Shown: positions 1 through 9,772 of the stretch, in pieces
Numbering within the stretch: the first letter of the stretch is position 1
Layout: every line of letters starts with the position of its first letter
DNA from: an uncultured archaeon
GTDB taxonomy: Archaea; Thermoplasmatota; Penumbrarchaeia; JASLWR01
Length of the DNA: 64,000 nucleotides
NCBI GenBank assembly: GCA_964342815.1
Contig: CAYFHS010000012.1
Location: 1-64,000, forward strand
Direction: 5' to 3'
Made by a program: the position numbers and the translations under genes
The notes under the pieces: model-generated
What the model was told of the DNA's origin: nothing
The model's database searches: none
The model's input: the letters and a program-made list of their open reading frames with translations, nothing else

Positions 1-1
1 C

Positions 2-946
2 GATGAAATGTACGATAAACGATTCCGATCGAATAATCAAGCCAGAGTGGCGCTTGAAAGATTGAAGGAATTCAGTACTTCCCTACGAGCATACGACGTT
101 TTCATATTCTTATTCTGCAGAACGTTTTTCAACGTATTTGAATTAGGCGATCATAAGATGCCTTTTCTTCACCATCTGGATCTGGCCCTGTTAAGATTAC
201 TGGGGAAAAAAATCATAATGGTGCCACTAGGAAGTGATATTCGTTCCTATCCCAAATATATCGAGGAATGTCGATCGCAAAGATTGGAAAATTTAGCCAA
301 TTATATGGAAAAGGATTGGCTGCCGAATGTACCGGACCTTGCAGATAAAAACCGGAAATTAGCAAAAATATCCGAAAGATATGCTAATATAATCTATGCA
401 CAATCAAACTATGCCCAGTTTCTGACGAGAAGATATGAATATTGTTGGCTCCCCATGGACCTCGAAGAGTTCAGGTATAACATTCCCGTGAACGAAAGAC
501 CAGTAATCGTCCATGCTCCGAGCAAGCGATATATAAAAGGTACCGATTATATCATTTCGGCGGTTCGAAGGTTGAAGAATGAGGGTTACGATTTTAAGTT
601 CGTACTCTGTGAAAAAATGAAAAACGAAAAAGTCCGAGAACTATTGTCCAGTTCCGACATAGTGATCGACCAATTACTGGGCTACAGCCACGGACTTTTC
701 GCTCTGGAAGCAATGGCATGCGGCAACATTGTCTTGGGGGGTGCAATCTCAGGTTACAAAGGGCTCCCTCCTGAGATCCCGATAATTACGAGCAATCCCG
801 AAACCATCTATGAAAATCTGAAAAATGTGTTGCATGATAGAGAAAAATGGAACAAGCTATATCCTTCGGGTAGGGAATATATTGAAAAATACCATGATTA
901 CCGGAAGGTGACCGGGGATATCTTGGCGGATATCGGTAATATCTAA
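2..946 (+). CDS. Glycosyltransferase, GT-B fold (family 4-like); probably 5'-truncated by the window edge
   Basis: C-terminal GT-B signature (VHAPSKRYIKGTDYI ... DIVIDQLLGYSHGLFALEAMACG). Frame is open back to base 2. Confidence 0.8.
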   Translation, partial: DEMYDKRFRSNNQARVALERLKEFSTSLRAYDVFIFLFCRTFFNVFELGDHKMPFLHHLDLALLRLLGKKIIMVPLGSDIRSYPKYIEECRSQRLENLANYMEKDWLPNVPDLADKNRKLAKISERYANIIYAQSNYAQFLTRRYEYCWLPMDLEEFRYNIPVNERPVIVHAPSKRYIKGTDYIISAVRRLKNEGYDFKFVLCEKMKNEKVRELLSSSDIVIDQLLGYSHGLFALEAMACGNIVLGGAISGYKGLPPEIPIITSNPETIYENLKNVLHDREKWNKLYPSGREYIEKYHDYRKVTGDILADIGNI

Positions 947-1101
947 CTACTTTACCGATCATATCATCACACGAACCGAAGTTTGTCCGATACATCGGCA
1001 GATGAGTCATATAAACTCTACATCCTTTAAAGTCTGTTGATCAACTGGAATTTCAGTATACTGCCTGCAATCCGAGCTGGGGCTCTTCTGCTAATCTCAT
1101 T

Positions 1102-1623
1102 CTACCTAAAGGTTTTAATAGTGTATTTGAATATCAATTCACCACTTTCATCAACTGGATAGTAAGTACTTAACATGTCTGACCGACCATGTGATTCCAA
1201 GTATTCAATAATGACATCCGCTTGAATCAATCTGTAGAAACCAACGCTCTTATAAAAACCCTCTGCATGAAGGTTTCTACCTGTTTCAACGGTCAATGAA
1301 TTAAAACCAGAACACTTCACTTCTTTAACAATACACTTAACCAATCTCCTCCCGAACCCTTTCCCTTGATAATCGGGGTGTATTCCCAGACGATGTATGT
1401 GTATTACATCATTGTTTCTTGAACATATTATATAACCCACTAGTGAATTACCGTAAAGTAATATTTTACTGAATTTCTCTTTGTCGGGTAGAATTCTGAA
1501 AAAATTTTCATTTTTCCAATACATTTCATTGAAAAGAATTTTATCCAATTCCACTAAGTTATTAATATATAGTTCGATCTCCTCATATGAAAAAGCTATG
1601 ATATTGATTTCTGTTTGATACAT
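1102..1623 (-). CDS. GNAT family N-acetyltransferase
   Basis: Acetyl-CoA-binding motif A (IHRLGIHPDYQGKGFGRRLV) and motif B (AEGFYKSVGF). Confidence 0.85.
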   Translation of the reverse strand: MYQTEINIIAFSYEEIELYINNLVELDKILFNEMYWKNENFFRILPDKEKFSKILLYGNSLVGYIICSRNNDVIHIHRLGIHPDYQGKGFGRRLVKCIVKEVKCSGFNSLTVETGRNLHAEGFYKSVGFYRLIQADVIIEYLESHGRSDMLSTYYPVDESGELIFKYTIKTFR

Positions 1624-1662
1624 GAAAATATCTCCGGTATATTTGAAAAATCTTGAACTTAA

Positions 1663-2355
1663 TTATGATGGATCGGAAGTACTCAGGAGAATTTCTTTAC
1701 TTCTAGGTCCATGATTGAACACTAGGTCGATTATTGACATGTTTGCTTCAAAACCAGGAAAATTCTGTTTGTAAACAGGATGAATAAAATCCTGATATAT
1801 CAACTCTATTCCATTATCTTTGAGTATTTTTGGATCATTATAATCGACGGCCCCTGTGCCTGAAAGGTAAACCGATGCACCAATTTTCTTACAGATATTA
1901 ATTAATAATTCGTTTTTGTTTCCTTCAACTTTCAAATCTGTGCCATATACAATTTCTCTTTTAATATCTAAAACATCCAAGAAATGTTCGATGATGTGCA
2001 TATTCAACTCTTTAATTACATCCCATTCTTTGCTGAATAAGTCTTCAAAGAAAGGCCAATGATCATCAAAATAATCAGCGCGTTTATAGTTATGAAAAAT
2101 AGTCTTTTTGGTTTTTTCCTTCCATGGCAACTCATTATTCGGCTTTACCTCAAAAATTTTTTGATATAATCTTCCACGTTTTATTAACGGTACCGATATC
2201 CAGCACCATCCATTGGGTGTTCTGATTTTATTCTTGTTCAAAGTCTTTCGGTCTACCTGTGCATTATCAATTACTACGAAAATATCTGAATAATATATCT
2301 TATGGAACAATCCCAACCACGGCATGTAGTTCGGTTGATGAATGGAATATATCAT
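1663..2355 (-). CDS. WbqC-like protein (putative aminoacyl/glycyl transferase of glycan synthesis)
   Basis: N-terminal IHQPNYMPWLGLFHKI and C-terminal YLSG...SIIDLVFNHG match the WbqC family. Start placed at MIYSIHQP. Confidence 0.85.
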   Translation of the reverse strand: MIYSIHQPNYMPWLGLFHKIYYSDIFVVIDNAQVDRKTLNKNKIRTPNGWCWISVPLIKRGRLYQKIFEVKPNNELPWKEKTKKTIFHNYKRADYFDDHWPFFEDLFSKEWDVIKELNMHIIEHFLDVLDIKREIVYGTDLKVEGNKNELLINICKKIGASVYLSGTGAVDYNDPKILKDNGIELIYQDFIHPVYKQNFPGFEANMSIIDLVFNHGPRSKEILLSTSDPS

Positions 2356-2560
2356 GAAGAACCCCAATTTGCTATTCAAATTTAAATTTTATTTTTAAAA
2401 AAAATCAAATATAAAATAAACGTTTCTAACTGGGGTATTTCTTAAAATCCTTTTTTTTCGTTTATTATTTATTCCCAATACCTTGCTACCTTTCAATTTA
2501 AATTCCTGAAGAATCTTTTATATGTCGGATATTGGGTTGCCGAGACCTGTTATTTTACAT

Positions 2561-3685
2561 TTATTTCTTCAAGATGCCCCTCACTTCGTCCATTACTATC
2601 TTTACTTCTTCTTCTATGAGTTCATGGTACATCGGAAGAGCGATTGTCTGCTCGAATATCAACTTGGAATTCGGAGTCTCTCCACTGAAAAGCGGAAGCT
2701 GAGACAGGGAATACGTCCCGATTGTGGAGCCGATAGCCCTCTTCTTCAGTTCTCTTATTAGCTTATTACGAACCTTTTTGGATTCAGTCCGGACGGCAAA
2801 GGTCTGGTAGTCGTGTTTGGCTTTCTCAAGTACCCTTTGGGGAATCAACGGGAGTGAATAGTCCACAATGAGATCAATGTATGTCTTTGCGAGCATATTT
2901 CTCTTTTCCACGTATTCGCTCAACCTCCTCAATTGGATCCTTCCAATACCGGCCATGATATCGCTCATCCGATAATTATACCCCAACAAGGAGAATTCCG
3001 GTAGGACAAGTTCATCGGCACTTGCCCTTTCGAAGGCCCCCAGGGTCATCCCATGGGATCTGATCGCCACTAGATCATTGAAAAATAATTCCGAGTCGGT
3101 GATAGCCATCCCCCCCTCCCCAGTCGATAATACCTTCCTAGCATGAAAACTGAAAACTCCGATCTCACCAAATGTTCCTGCCATTTTACCTTGGTACTCG
3201 GATCCGTGTGCGCAGGCGGAATCCTCTATAATCACCAGATCGTATTCTCTCGCTATCCTAACAATCTCATCCATTTCCGGAGGATTTCCCAGTGCATATA
3301 CAGGCATAATGGCACTGGTGTTAGGGGTGATCTTTTCACTAATCTCCTCCGGAGTGATATTGAAGGTCTCGGGATCGATGTCGAGAGGTATGGGGTTTGC
3401 TCCCGCGTATATTATTGAGTTGCCGCTTGCAGGGAAAGTGAAATCTGAGACAAGAACGTCATCACCTTTTTTAATACCAAGAGCAAGAAGACCGATATGA
3501 AGACCGGAAGTTGCCGAGTTCAATGCTACCGCGTACCGAGAACCCAGAGCTGCTGCGTATTCCTTTTCGAACAATGCTGTTGTGGGGCCCTGGGCTACCC
3601 AGCGGGAATCAAGAACTTCTTTCACAGCAGAGATGTCCTCTGAATCGAAGTATGGTCGGGCTAATGGTATGTTATATTTTGGCAT
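2561..3685 (-). CDS. DegT/DnrJ/EryC1/StrS family sugar aminotransferase
   Basis: Motifs NSATSGLH, IEDSACAHG, FSFHARK (PLP lysine) and GYNYRMSD. Confidence 0.93.
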   Translation of the reverse strand: MPKYNIPLARPYFDSEDISAVKEVLDSRWVAQGPTTALFEKEYAAALGSRYAVALNSATSGLHIGLLALGIKKGDDVLVSDFTFPASGNSIIYAGANPIPLDIDPETFNITPEEISEKITPNTSAIMPVYALGNPPEMDEIVRIAREYDLVIIEDSACAHGSEYQGKMAGTFGEIGVFSFHARKVLSTGEGGMAITDSELFFNDLVAIRSHGMTLGAFERASADELVLPEFSLLGYNYRMSDIMAGIGRIQLRRLSEYVEKRNMLAKTYIDLIVDYSLPLIPQRVLEKAKHDYQTFAVRTESKKVRNKLIRELKKRAIGSTIGTYSLSQLPLFSGETPNSKLIFEQTIALPMYHELIEEEVKIVMDEVRGILKK

Positions 3686-3727
3686 GAGGGTAAATTTTAT
3701 TTACCGTATTTAACATTAACCCTCCCC

Positions 3728-4711
3728 ATGGTATATGAATTGCTAGACTTGATTGGCAAATCCGTCATGGTTACCGGAGGTGCCGGGTTTATTGGGAGTC
3801 ATCTGGTGGATGCGCTAATACGGGAAAAGGTTGGAAATTTAGTGGTTGTGGATAATCTTTTTCTTGGTAAGGAAATTAATCTAAATGGGGCGAGATCAAC
3901 CTATCCGGGTTTGAAGTTCTACAAGGAAAATGTTCGCAACACATCCAAGATGAGGGAGATCATTAAATCCGAAGAAATCGACGTGGTTTTCAATCTTGCG
4001 GTAATCCCTCTTTTGACCTCCTTGGAAGAACCCATATGGACATGGGATGAAAATATCAAGATGACAGAAACCATCTGCGAGCTTGCCAGAGAGAAACTTT
4101 TTGACACGTTAATACATTTCTCATCATCGGAAGCATATGGAAGCGCGATTGATTATCCCATGAGAGAAGATCATCCAATGAATCCCACGACACCATACGC
4201 GGCCAGCAAGGCTGCAGCCGATCTTCTGGTCAATTCATACATATGCACTTTTGGGATCGACGCTTCCATCGTACGACCCTTTAACAATTACGGCCCGCGT
4301 CAGAATGAAGGATCCTATGCAGGTATTATCCCGATTGTTATTCAAAAGATTTTATCAGGGGCCGCACCTGTAATCTTTGGTGATGGGGGCCAAACCAGAG
4401 ATTTTATATTTGTTGGTGATGTGGCAAGGGCAGCAATAATGGTTTACAAGAATCGCCGCACGAGAAAAAAAGCCATTAATATTGCAACTGGTAAAGAGAT
4501 TTCAATAAATGACCTCGTAAGAATTATTGCTAAAGTAATGAAATATAATGGAGAAATATTGTATGAGGCCACCCGGGCAGGGGATGTTCGACAGCACTGG
4601 GCCGATATCAGCCTGGCATGGAATATATTGGGTTTCGAACCAAAAGTAGGGTTTGAAGAAGGCATATCCCATACCGTAAAATGGTATATAAAAAAATTGA
4701 ATGCAGATTGA
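3728..4711 (+). CDS. NAD-dependent nucleotide-sugar epimerase/dehydratase (extended SDR)
   Basis: TGGAGFIGSH Rossmann motif, YAASK catalytic motif, RPFNNYGPRQ and RDFIFV. Confidence 0.92.
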   Translation: MVYELLDLIGKSVMVTGGAGFIGSHLVDALIREKVGNLVVVDNLFLGKEINLNGARSTYPGLKFYKENVRNTSKMREIIKSEEIDVVFNLAVIPLLTSLEEPIWTWDENIKMTETICELAREKLFDTLIHFSSSEAYGSAIDYPMREDHPMNPTTPYAASKAAADLLVNSYICTFGIDASIVRPFNNYGPRQNEGSYAGIIPIVIQKILSGAAPVIFGDGGQTRDFIFVGDVARAAIMVYKNRRTRKKAINIATGKEISINDLVRIIAKVMKYNGEILYEATRAGDVRQHWADISLAWNILGFEPKVGFEEGISHTVKWYIKKLNAD

Positions 4712-4740
4712 TTCTTAATAGACCATATGGCGTATCGACC

Positions 4741-5274
4741 CTATATATAACCCTCTTCTCTGAGTTTGGCAATTACTTTTCGTGCGCTTTCTTCCACTGT
4801 TTCTTCATGTGTATGCAGCACAATATCCGGATTCGGAGGTTCCTCGTACGGGTCGTCGATCCCGGTAAAATCCTTGATAACGCCTTCGCGGGCAAGTTTG
4901 TACATTCCCTTCACATCCCGTTTTTCGCAAACCTCCAGTGGACAGTGAACGAAGGTCTCCAACATGCTCCCGATCTCCTTTTTGGATTGTTCCCGACGGG
5001 CAATATAGGGAGAGACAAACGATAGCAATACAATAACTCCGTTGCGGGTGAGAAGCTTGGCCACGAAAGTGACCCTCATAATGTTTTGATTCCGGTCCTC
5101 CTTGCTGAATCCCAGGTCCGCAGTAAGTGATTTGCGAACGATATCCCCGTCAAGACGCTCGACGTTCACATCGTATTCATCATTTAGTATATCCCGTACC
5201 CTATCCGCTGCAACGGTTTTACCGGAGCAGGGCAGTCCAGTGAACCATACGGTTACTCCATTTTTATTTCTCAT
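4741..5274 (-). CDS. cysC: Adenylyl-sulfate kinase
   Basis: WFTGLPCSGKT P-loop, LDGDIVR, LGFSKEDR, RDVKGMY and FTGIDDPYEEP. Confidence 0.96.
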   Translation of the reverse strand: MRNKNGVTVWFTGLPCSGKTVAADRVRDILNDEYDVNVERLDGDIVRKSLTADLGFSKEDRNQNIMRVTFVAKLLTRNGVIVLLSFVSPYIARREQSKKEIGSMLETFVHCPLEVCEKRDVKGMYKLAREGVIKDFTGIDDPYEEPPNPDIVLHTHEETVEESARKVIAKLREEGYI

Positions 5275-5293
5275 TTATCTTCCTCCTTGACAG

Positions 5294-6343
5294 TCATTGA
5301 TTCCGATCGTTCAAGTATGGTAAATTATCTGAAATCAGCTTTTTAACCTGGCCCAGGCTTGAGTTTTCGATAACAGCTCCCACCACATCCACCTTTCCCC
5401 CGGCAGATTGGCCCTGATCGTGAATAATCCCTATAAGCGGCTGCAGGTCCTTTCGTTTCGACCTGAGATAGAGCTGTGTTTTTCCAGAAAACATTCCTGT
5501 GTTTAACACCATAACTTCTCGAGAGGGATTGTCGTTGGAGAATCTCCTTGTAAGGGCGGAAATAATATGGTATTCCGTATGAATCTCAGAAAGGGAGTAT
5601 GGGTCCATTTTTTTTAGTCCCTGTAGATAATAATAATGAATTTTATTTTCGAATTCCTGTGAAAACGACTTCAATACTTCATTTCTCATTACCGTTTCAG
5701 CCAGTTCATTATCGCTTTTCCCTATGAGCATATTCGGCCATTTCATCAACTCATCCTTACGACCGATCTTGTAGCAGGAATCGAGGAGTTCCACAATATC
5801 CGAAACCTGTTCAAACGGTATACTTTCCATTTCCAGGTGATCGGAGAATTTCGGCCAGATATCATTGTACTTTAGAATATTAAGGCCCTTGTCACCCACC
5901 AGACCCAGAGCACTCAGCAGGTCCGGTTCACGTCCGAAAAAATCATTGAGGACATAAGTGTTCGAGGGCCAATCCTCATCTCGCAGTGAACAATAATTAA
6001 TAAAAATAATTCCGTTCTCTTTAACAATTGGTCTGGTATGATGATCGAACATCACTATCTCGACTCCTAATCCATCTCTTATGGCAAGGAGATTATCCAG
6101 TGGAAAACTGATATCGGCGGTAATTAGAATGTCAGGGGGCGCCCGACCAATTTTTTGTATCCAATCGTCTCTCATTTCGAACTCCCCGAGAACCGGAACC
6201 TCATTTTGGATTTCTCTCACACCCAGTTTCGTCAATTCTTCAATCAAGATTGCAGCCGATGCGATACCATCGGCATCCCAATGATGTACAAGAAGAGCTC
6301 TTTTACCGGTAACAATAGATGCAATTCGGTTTTTGTCGATCAT
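5294..6343 (-). CDS. DHH family phosphoesterase
   Basis: HHWDADG, TADIS and FDHHT motifs, plus LGLVGD and a C-terminal GG motif. Start placed at MIDKN to avoid overlapping sat. Confidence 0.8.
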   Translation of the reverse strand: MIDKNRIASIVTGKRALLVHHWDADGIASAAILIEELTKLGVREIQNEVPVLGEFEMRDDWIQKIGRAPPDILITADISFPLDNLLAIRDGLGVEIVMFDHHTRPIVKENGIIFINYCSLRDEDWPSNTYVLNDFFGREPDLLSALGLVGDKGLNILKYNDIWPKFSDHLEMESIPFEQVSDIVELLDSCYKIGRKDELMKWPNMLIGKSDNELAETVMRNEVLKSFSQEFENKIHYYYLQGLKKMDPYSLSEIHTEYHIISALTRRFSNDNPSREVMVLNTGMFSGKTQLYLRSKRKDLQPLIGIIHDQGQSAGGKVDVVGAVIENSSLGQVKKLISDNLPYLNDRNQ

Positions 6344-6359
6344 GAATGTCCCCGAAAGA

Positions 6360-7508
6360 TTATTCAACAAAAGGTTTTTTCGCTCTCAGGATCACGTCCA
6401 CAACCTCAGAGCGCATCATCAATTTATCCGGACGCTTTCCATCGATCAGTAATTTTCTCATTTTCGTTCCCGCAAAATTGATAATATGATCCCCCTGGTG
6501 AGGACAGATGCAGTCGTTCGCAACGCCACCACATTTTGTACAGTGGAAAAAAGATCGGAAAAAGAACGGTTTTATTCCCAGGTTCGGAAATTTTTCAAAT
6601 ATCTTGTGAGCATCGAAAGGGCCGTAATAGTTACCAACTCCCGCGTGGTCTCTACCGATAATGATATGAGTGCATCCGTAATTCTTTCTGATTAAAGCAT
6701 GAAATATAGCTTCGCGGGGGCCCGCATACCTCATTTCAAAGGGTAAAATACTCATGACAACCCTATCTTTGGGATAATAGTTATCGATCAATTCACGGTA
6801 TGTATCGATAATCACCTCGTCTGTGAAATCGCCAGTTTTTTTCTTACCTATAACAGGATTGATGAATAAACCGTCAGTGAACGTTAAAGCCGCTTTCTGG
6901 ACATATTCGTGGCCGTTGTGTGGCGCATTTCTCGTTTGGAAAGCAACTATGGTCTCCCATCCTTTCTCCCGAAACAGTGCCCGTGTATGCCTCGGACGAA
7001 GATTTAACTCCTTGAATACGCGATTGAGTGGTTGGATCAGCTCTAGCTCACCGCCAAGAAAGACGTTGCCCATATTCATAACCTTTGCCACACCGGGATG
7101 TTGAGGATCAGTGGTTAAAAATATTTTTTGACAGATTTCATCCTTGTCGATGGAATATTTTTCCCTGACCTCCATCAATGCGCAAGGAGTCCCGTTTCTA
7201 TCGGTGAGCATCAGCGTGTCCCCATGGTGAATATCCCCAGCGGTTTCATCGGGAACATCCAAGAGGATTGGGATTGTCCAAGGCTCGCCGTTTGACAAAA
7301 CCATTTTGTCCATAACGCATTTCAGATCATTGGAATCCATAAAACCTTTCAGTGGCGAGAATGTACCAAAGGAAATGTTTTCAATGTCCTTTATTGTCTC
7401 GTCACTAACCTGAACGGTATAAAAGTCATTTATTGAATTCAAAACGGTTTCTCTTTTTCTTTCATCCATAACCCGCTCAATCAACTCACTAATTTTCTGC
7501 TTAGCCAT
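6360..7508 (-). CDS. sat: Sulfate adenylyltransferase (ATP sulfurylase)
   Basis: FSPLKGFM, FQTRNAPHNGHE, YAGPREA, IGRDHAG and a Zn-binding CxxC...C-H motif. Confidence 0.96.
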   Translation of the reverse strand: MAKQKISELIERVMDERKRETVLNSINDFYTVQVSDETIKDIENISFGTFSPLKGFMDSNDLKCVMDKMVLSNGEPWTIPILLDVPDETAGDIHHGDTLMLTDRNGTPCALMEVREKYSIDKDEICQKIFLTTDPQHPGVAKVMNMGNVFLGGELELIQPLNRVFKELNLRPRHTRALFREKGWETIVAFQTRNAPHNGHEYVQKAALTFTDGLFINPVIGKKKTGDFTDEVIIDTYRELIDNYYPKDRVVMSILPFEMRYAGPREAIFHALIRKNYGCTHIIIGRDHAGVGNYYGPFDAHKIFEKFPNLGIKPFFFRSFFHCTKCGGVANDCICPHQGDHIINFAGTKMRKLLIDGKRPDKLMMRSEVVDVILRAKKPFVE

Positions 7509-7858
7509 CTTTCATCACCGTTTTCTAAACTACTATATTATTGAACAACCGATACGGGAAATACGTTAGGGTAGTTTCATTGGGATAATATTATCCTTCG
7601 GTTTCAGTTACTTTTAACAATAGTCACCGGTATTATCGGTTGTGCTTAAGAAAACTATGCTATTTTAAGATAACCAGCTCGTTATCATTAATCTGTTTCA
7701 GCCCCTTCGGAGTATTTTATTTTCGAGATGTGACCCCAATAAATTAATATCATATTTTAATAATTAGCTTTGCAGACCTGAACGTCCAAAAGACCATTGA
7801 GTTTTTTAAAGTACAGATTAATTTATTTTTTCAACAACGGTGAAAGGGGACCAATCAA

Positions 7859-8482
7859 ATGGGAATCTTCAGCGCTCTACGCAGATGGCTTTTCAGATTG
7901 TTCAAGAAGAAGAGTCTGAAGATTGGTTTATACGGTGCCCCTAATGCCGGAAAAACTACCCTAGCCAATCGAATATCAATGGATTGGACAAAGGAAGCAA
8001 TGGGCCTGACATCACCCATCCCGCACGAGACACACGCAGTCATACAGAAAAGGGTTGTGATATCTTCGGGGAAAAAAAAGATAACTTTCGATGTCTTTGA
8101 CACTCCTGGAGTGGCAACGAAAGTAGATTTCCATAATTTCGTGGAAGAACATGGAATGGACGAGGATGAAGGCAAACGCAGAGCGAAAGAGGGAACCGAA
8201 GGAGTAATTGAAGCCATCGAATGGTTGGATAGAATGGATGGCATATTACTGATCATGGATTCGACATTGGATCCCTTCAACCAGGTAAATGTAACTCTGC
8301 TCGGAAACTGCAAAGCAAGATCGCTCCCCGTAATCATCGTTGCAAATAAAATTGACCTGGAAGGAGCCGCGCCGGATAAAATCAAGAAAGGATTCGATGA
8401 GGACTTAATGGTGGCGATATCGGCTCTTACCGGGAAAAATATGAAAGGTCTATACAAGGCTATGATAAAAAAATTCCAATAA
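7859..8482 (+). CDS. oapA: Era-like small GTPase, OapA type
   Basis: G1 GAPNAGKT, G3 DTPG, G4 NKID and G5 SAL. Followed by DUF2073 and Zn-ribbon genes, as in the haloarchaeal oap operon. Confidence 0.8.
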   Translation: MGIFSALRRWLFRLFKKKSLKIGLYGAPNAGKTTLANRISMDWTKEAMGLTSPIPHETHAVIQKRVVISSGKKKITFDVFDTPGVATKVDFHNFVEEHGMDEDEGKRRAKEGTEGVIEAIEWLDRMDGILLIMDSTLDPFNQVNVTLLGNCKARSLPVIIVANKIDLEGAAPDKIKKGFDEDLMVAISALTGKNMKGLYKAMIKKFQ

Positions 8483-8509
8483 TCCTACAAAAAATCGACG
8501 TGTGAAACC

Positions 8510-9115
8510 ATGCCGGACGAAACTGAGGGCATAATGATAAATCTAATTTCGCTTGAAAAATTGAGCGACATGAGCCCCGAGGAGAGAATACGATTCATAG
8601 TGGACGAAGTAAAGCTTGGCAAGGTATTGGTTCTCGAGAGAGGATTGACCGCGGTTGAAGAGATGGAGCTGATAAAGATAACCATGGCCGAGATAGACAA
8701 CCAGTCATTTGTCGGTGTGGAAACTCCAGGATTTTCCATATCGGCAAAAAAACGTTCTTTTTTTAAAAGGATGCTGCGGAGAAAGGAAACTCCCAGGATG
8801 ATGGTTGTGGGTCCTGCACATTTACTCAAGACAATCCGAAAAGATGGAAAAGTGGTCCAGGCCATGCTTTTAACAAAAGATAATCTAAGACCTATGCGTG
8901 AGGAGGAGGTTGAGGGTACAACAGAGATCAAGATAGAAGAAAACACCGACAAGATCCCCTTATCTGAGCCGCCTCTGGAAGGAGGGGAAACCCTGGGAAT
9001 CCCACCCAATGGCGTGGAACCGCCTCCTCCACCAGAAGATTTTACAAAAATTCTATCGAATGATTCCACATTAGAAATAAAGAAGGAAGTATCGTCCGAA
9101 GAGGTCGAGAACTGA
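8510..9115 (+). CDS. oapB: DUF2073 domain protein, OapB type, with acidic/Pro-rich C-terminal extension
   Basis: ERIRFIVDEVKLGKVLVLERGLT..EE.ELI..TM pattern and MMVVGPA; operon context. Confidence 0.75.
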   Translation: MPDETEGIMINLISLEKLSDMSPEERIRFIVDEVKLGKVLVLERGLTAVEEMELIKITMAEIDNQSFVGVETPGFSISAKKRSFFKRMLRRKETPRMMVVGPAHLLKTIRKDGKVVQAMLLTKDNLRPMREEEVEGTTEIKIEENTDKIPLSEPPLEGGETLGIPPNGVEPPPPPEDFTKILSNDSTLEIKKEVSSEEVEN

Positions 9116-9129
9116 AGAGGGTGTGATCT

Positions 9130-9768
9130 TTGTACCATCAATGTCTTATTTGCGGTGCTGTTTACACCCGGGGATCTCCCGAGATATTCCAGGGTTGCAG
9201 CAGATGTGGTAAAGCGAAATTCTCTTTCACGAGAAACCCGCTTCCTGAAGACGAACTGCTGGAATTAAAAAAGGAAGCGAACGATGACCTCGGAATCCTG
9301 ATGAAAGAGATATTCAACCGCAATCTAAATGTTTCGAAATTATCCCGAGACGAAGCGAAGATGATAGGAGATGAATCCAAAGGATGGGTGAAGGTAAAGA
9401 TGGAGGACGTACCGGGAATCGAGGAAAAACCGGTTCGTGATGAAAAAATGGCACCATCTGTCAGACATGAAATCAATATGAAAGACGCTCCAGAGGGCGA
9501 GGGGATCTCGGAAAAGGATGTAATGAAAGATATTATCGAACCAAACAGGGCCAAATCTTCAAAAAAAACAGAAAAACCATCGCGTGTAAAAAGAAAAAAA
9601 CCAATTTGGGATAAGAAGATTCGCATGGCCCCTGAATCTGTAGAAGTGATTCGTGAAACCGAGGAAGGCGTTTATGAAATCGACCTGAGCAGAATGCTTG
9701 ACAAAATGCTTGCAAAAACCCCCGTAGTGATGATGGAGAGCGGGGTGTACTTAATTAAGCTTAACTAA
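9130..9768 (+). CDS. oapC: Zn-ribbon protein (DUF2072), OapC type; TTG start
   Basis: HQCLICG...GCSRCG..KF at the N-terminus and conserved C-terminal EGVYEIDL...SGVYLIKL. Confidence 0.75.
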   Translation: MYHQCLICGAVYTRGSPEIFQGCSRCGKAKFSFTRNPLPEDELLELKKEANDDLGILMKEIFNRNLNVSKLSRDEAKMIGDESKGWVKVKMEDVPGIEEKPVRDEKMAPSVRHEINMKDAPEGEGISEKDVMKDIIEPNRAKSSKKTEKPSRVKRKKPIWDKKIRMAPESVEVIRETEEGVYEIDLSRMLDKMLAKTPVVMMESGVYLIKLN

Positions 9769-9772
9769 ACTA

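Noticed and set aside
7509-7858. Replication origin next to oapABC
   Set aside because: AT-rich, but no ORB repeats or G-strings recognised and no cdc6/orc1 in the window.
7855-9626. Long antisense ORFs (7855-8457, 8485-9141, 9162-9626) and similar shadows over tuf, fusA, rpo genes and the surface protein
   Set aside because: They lie opposite well-supported genes, show Ser/Phe/Ile-rich antisense composition and have no motifs.
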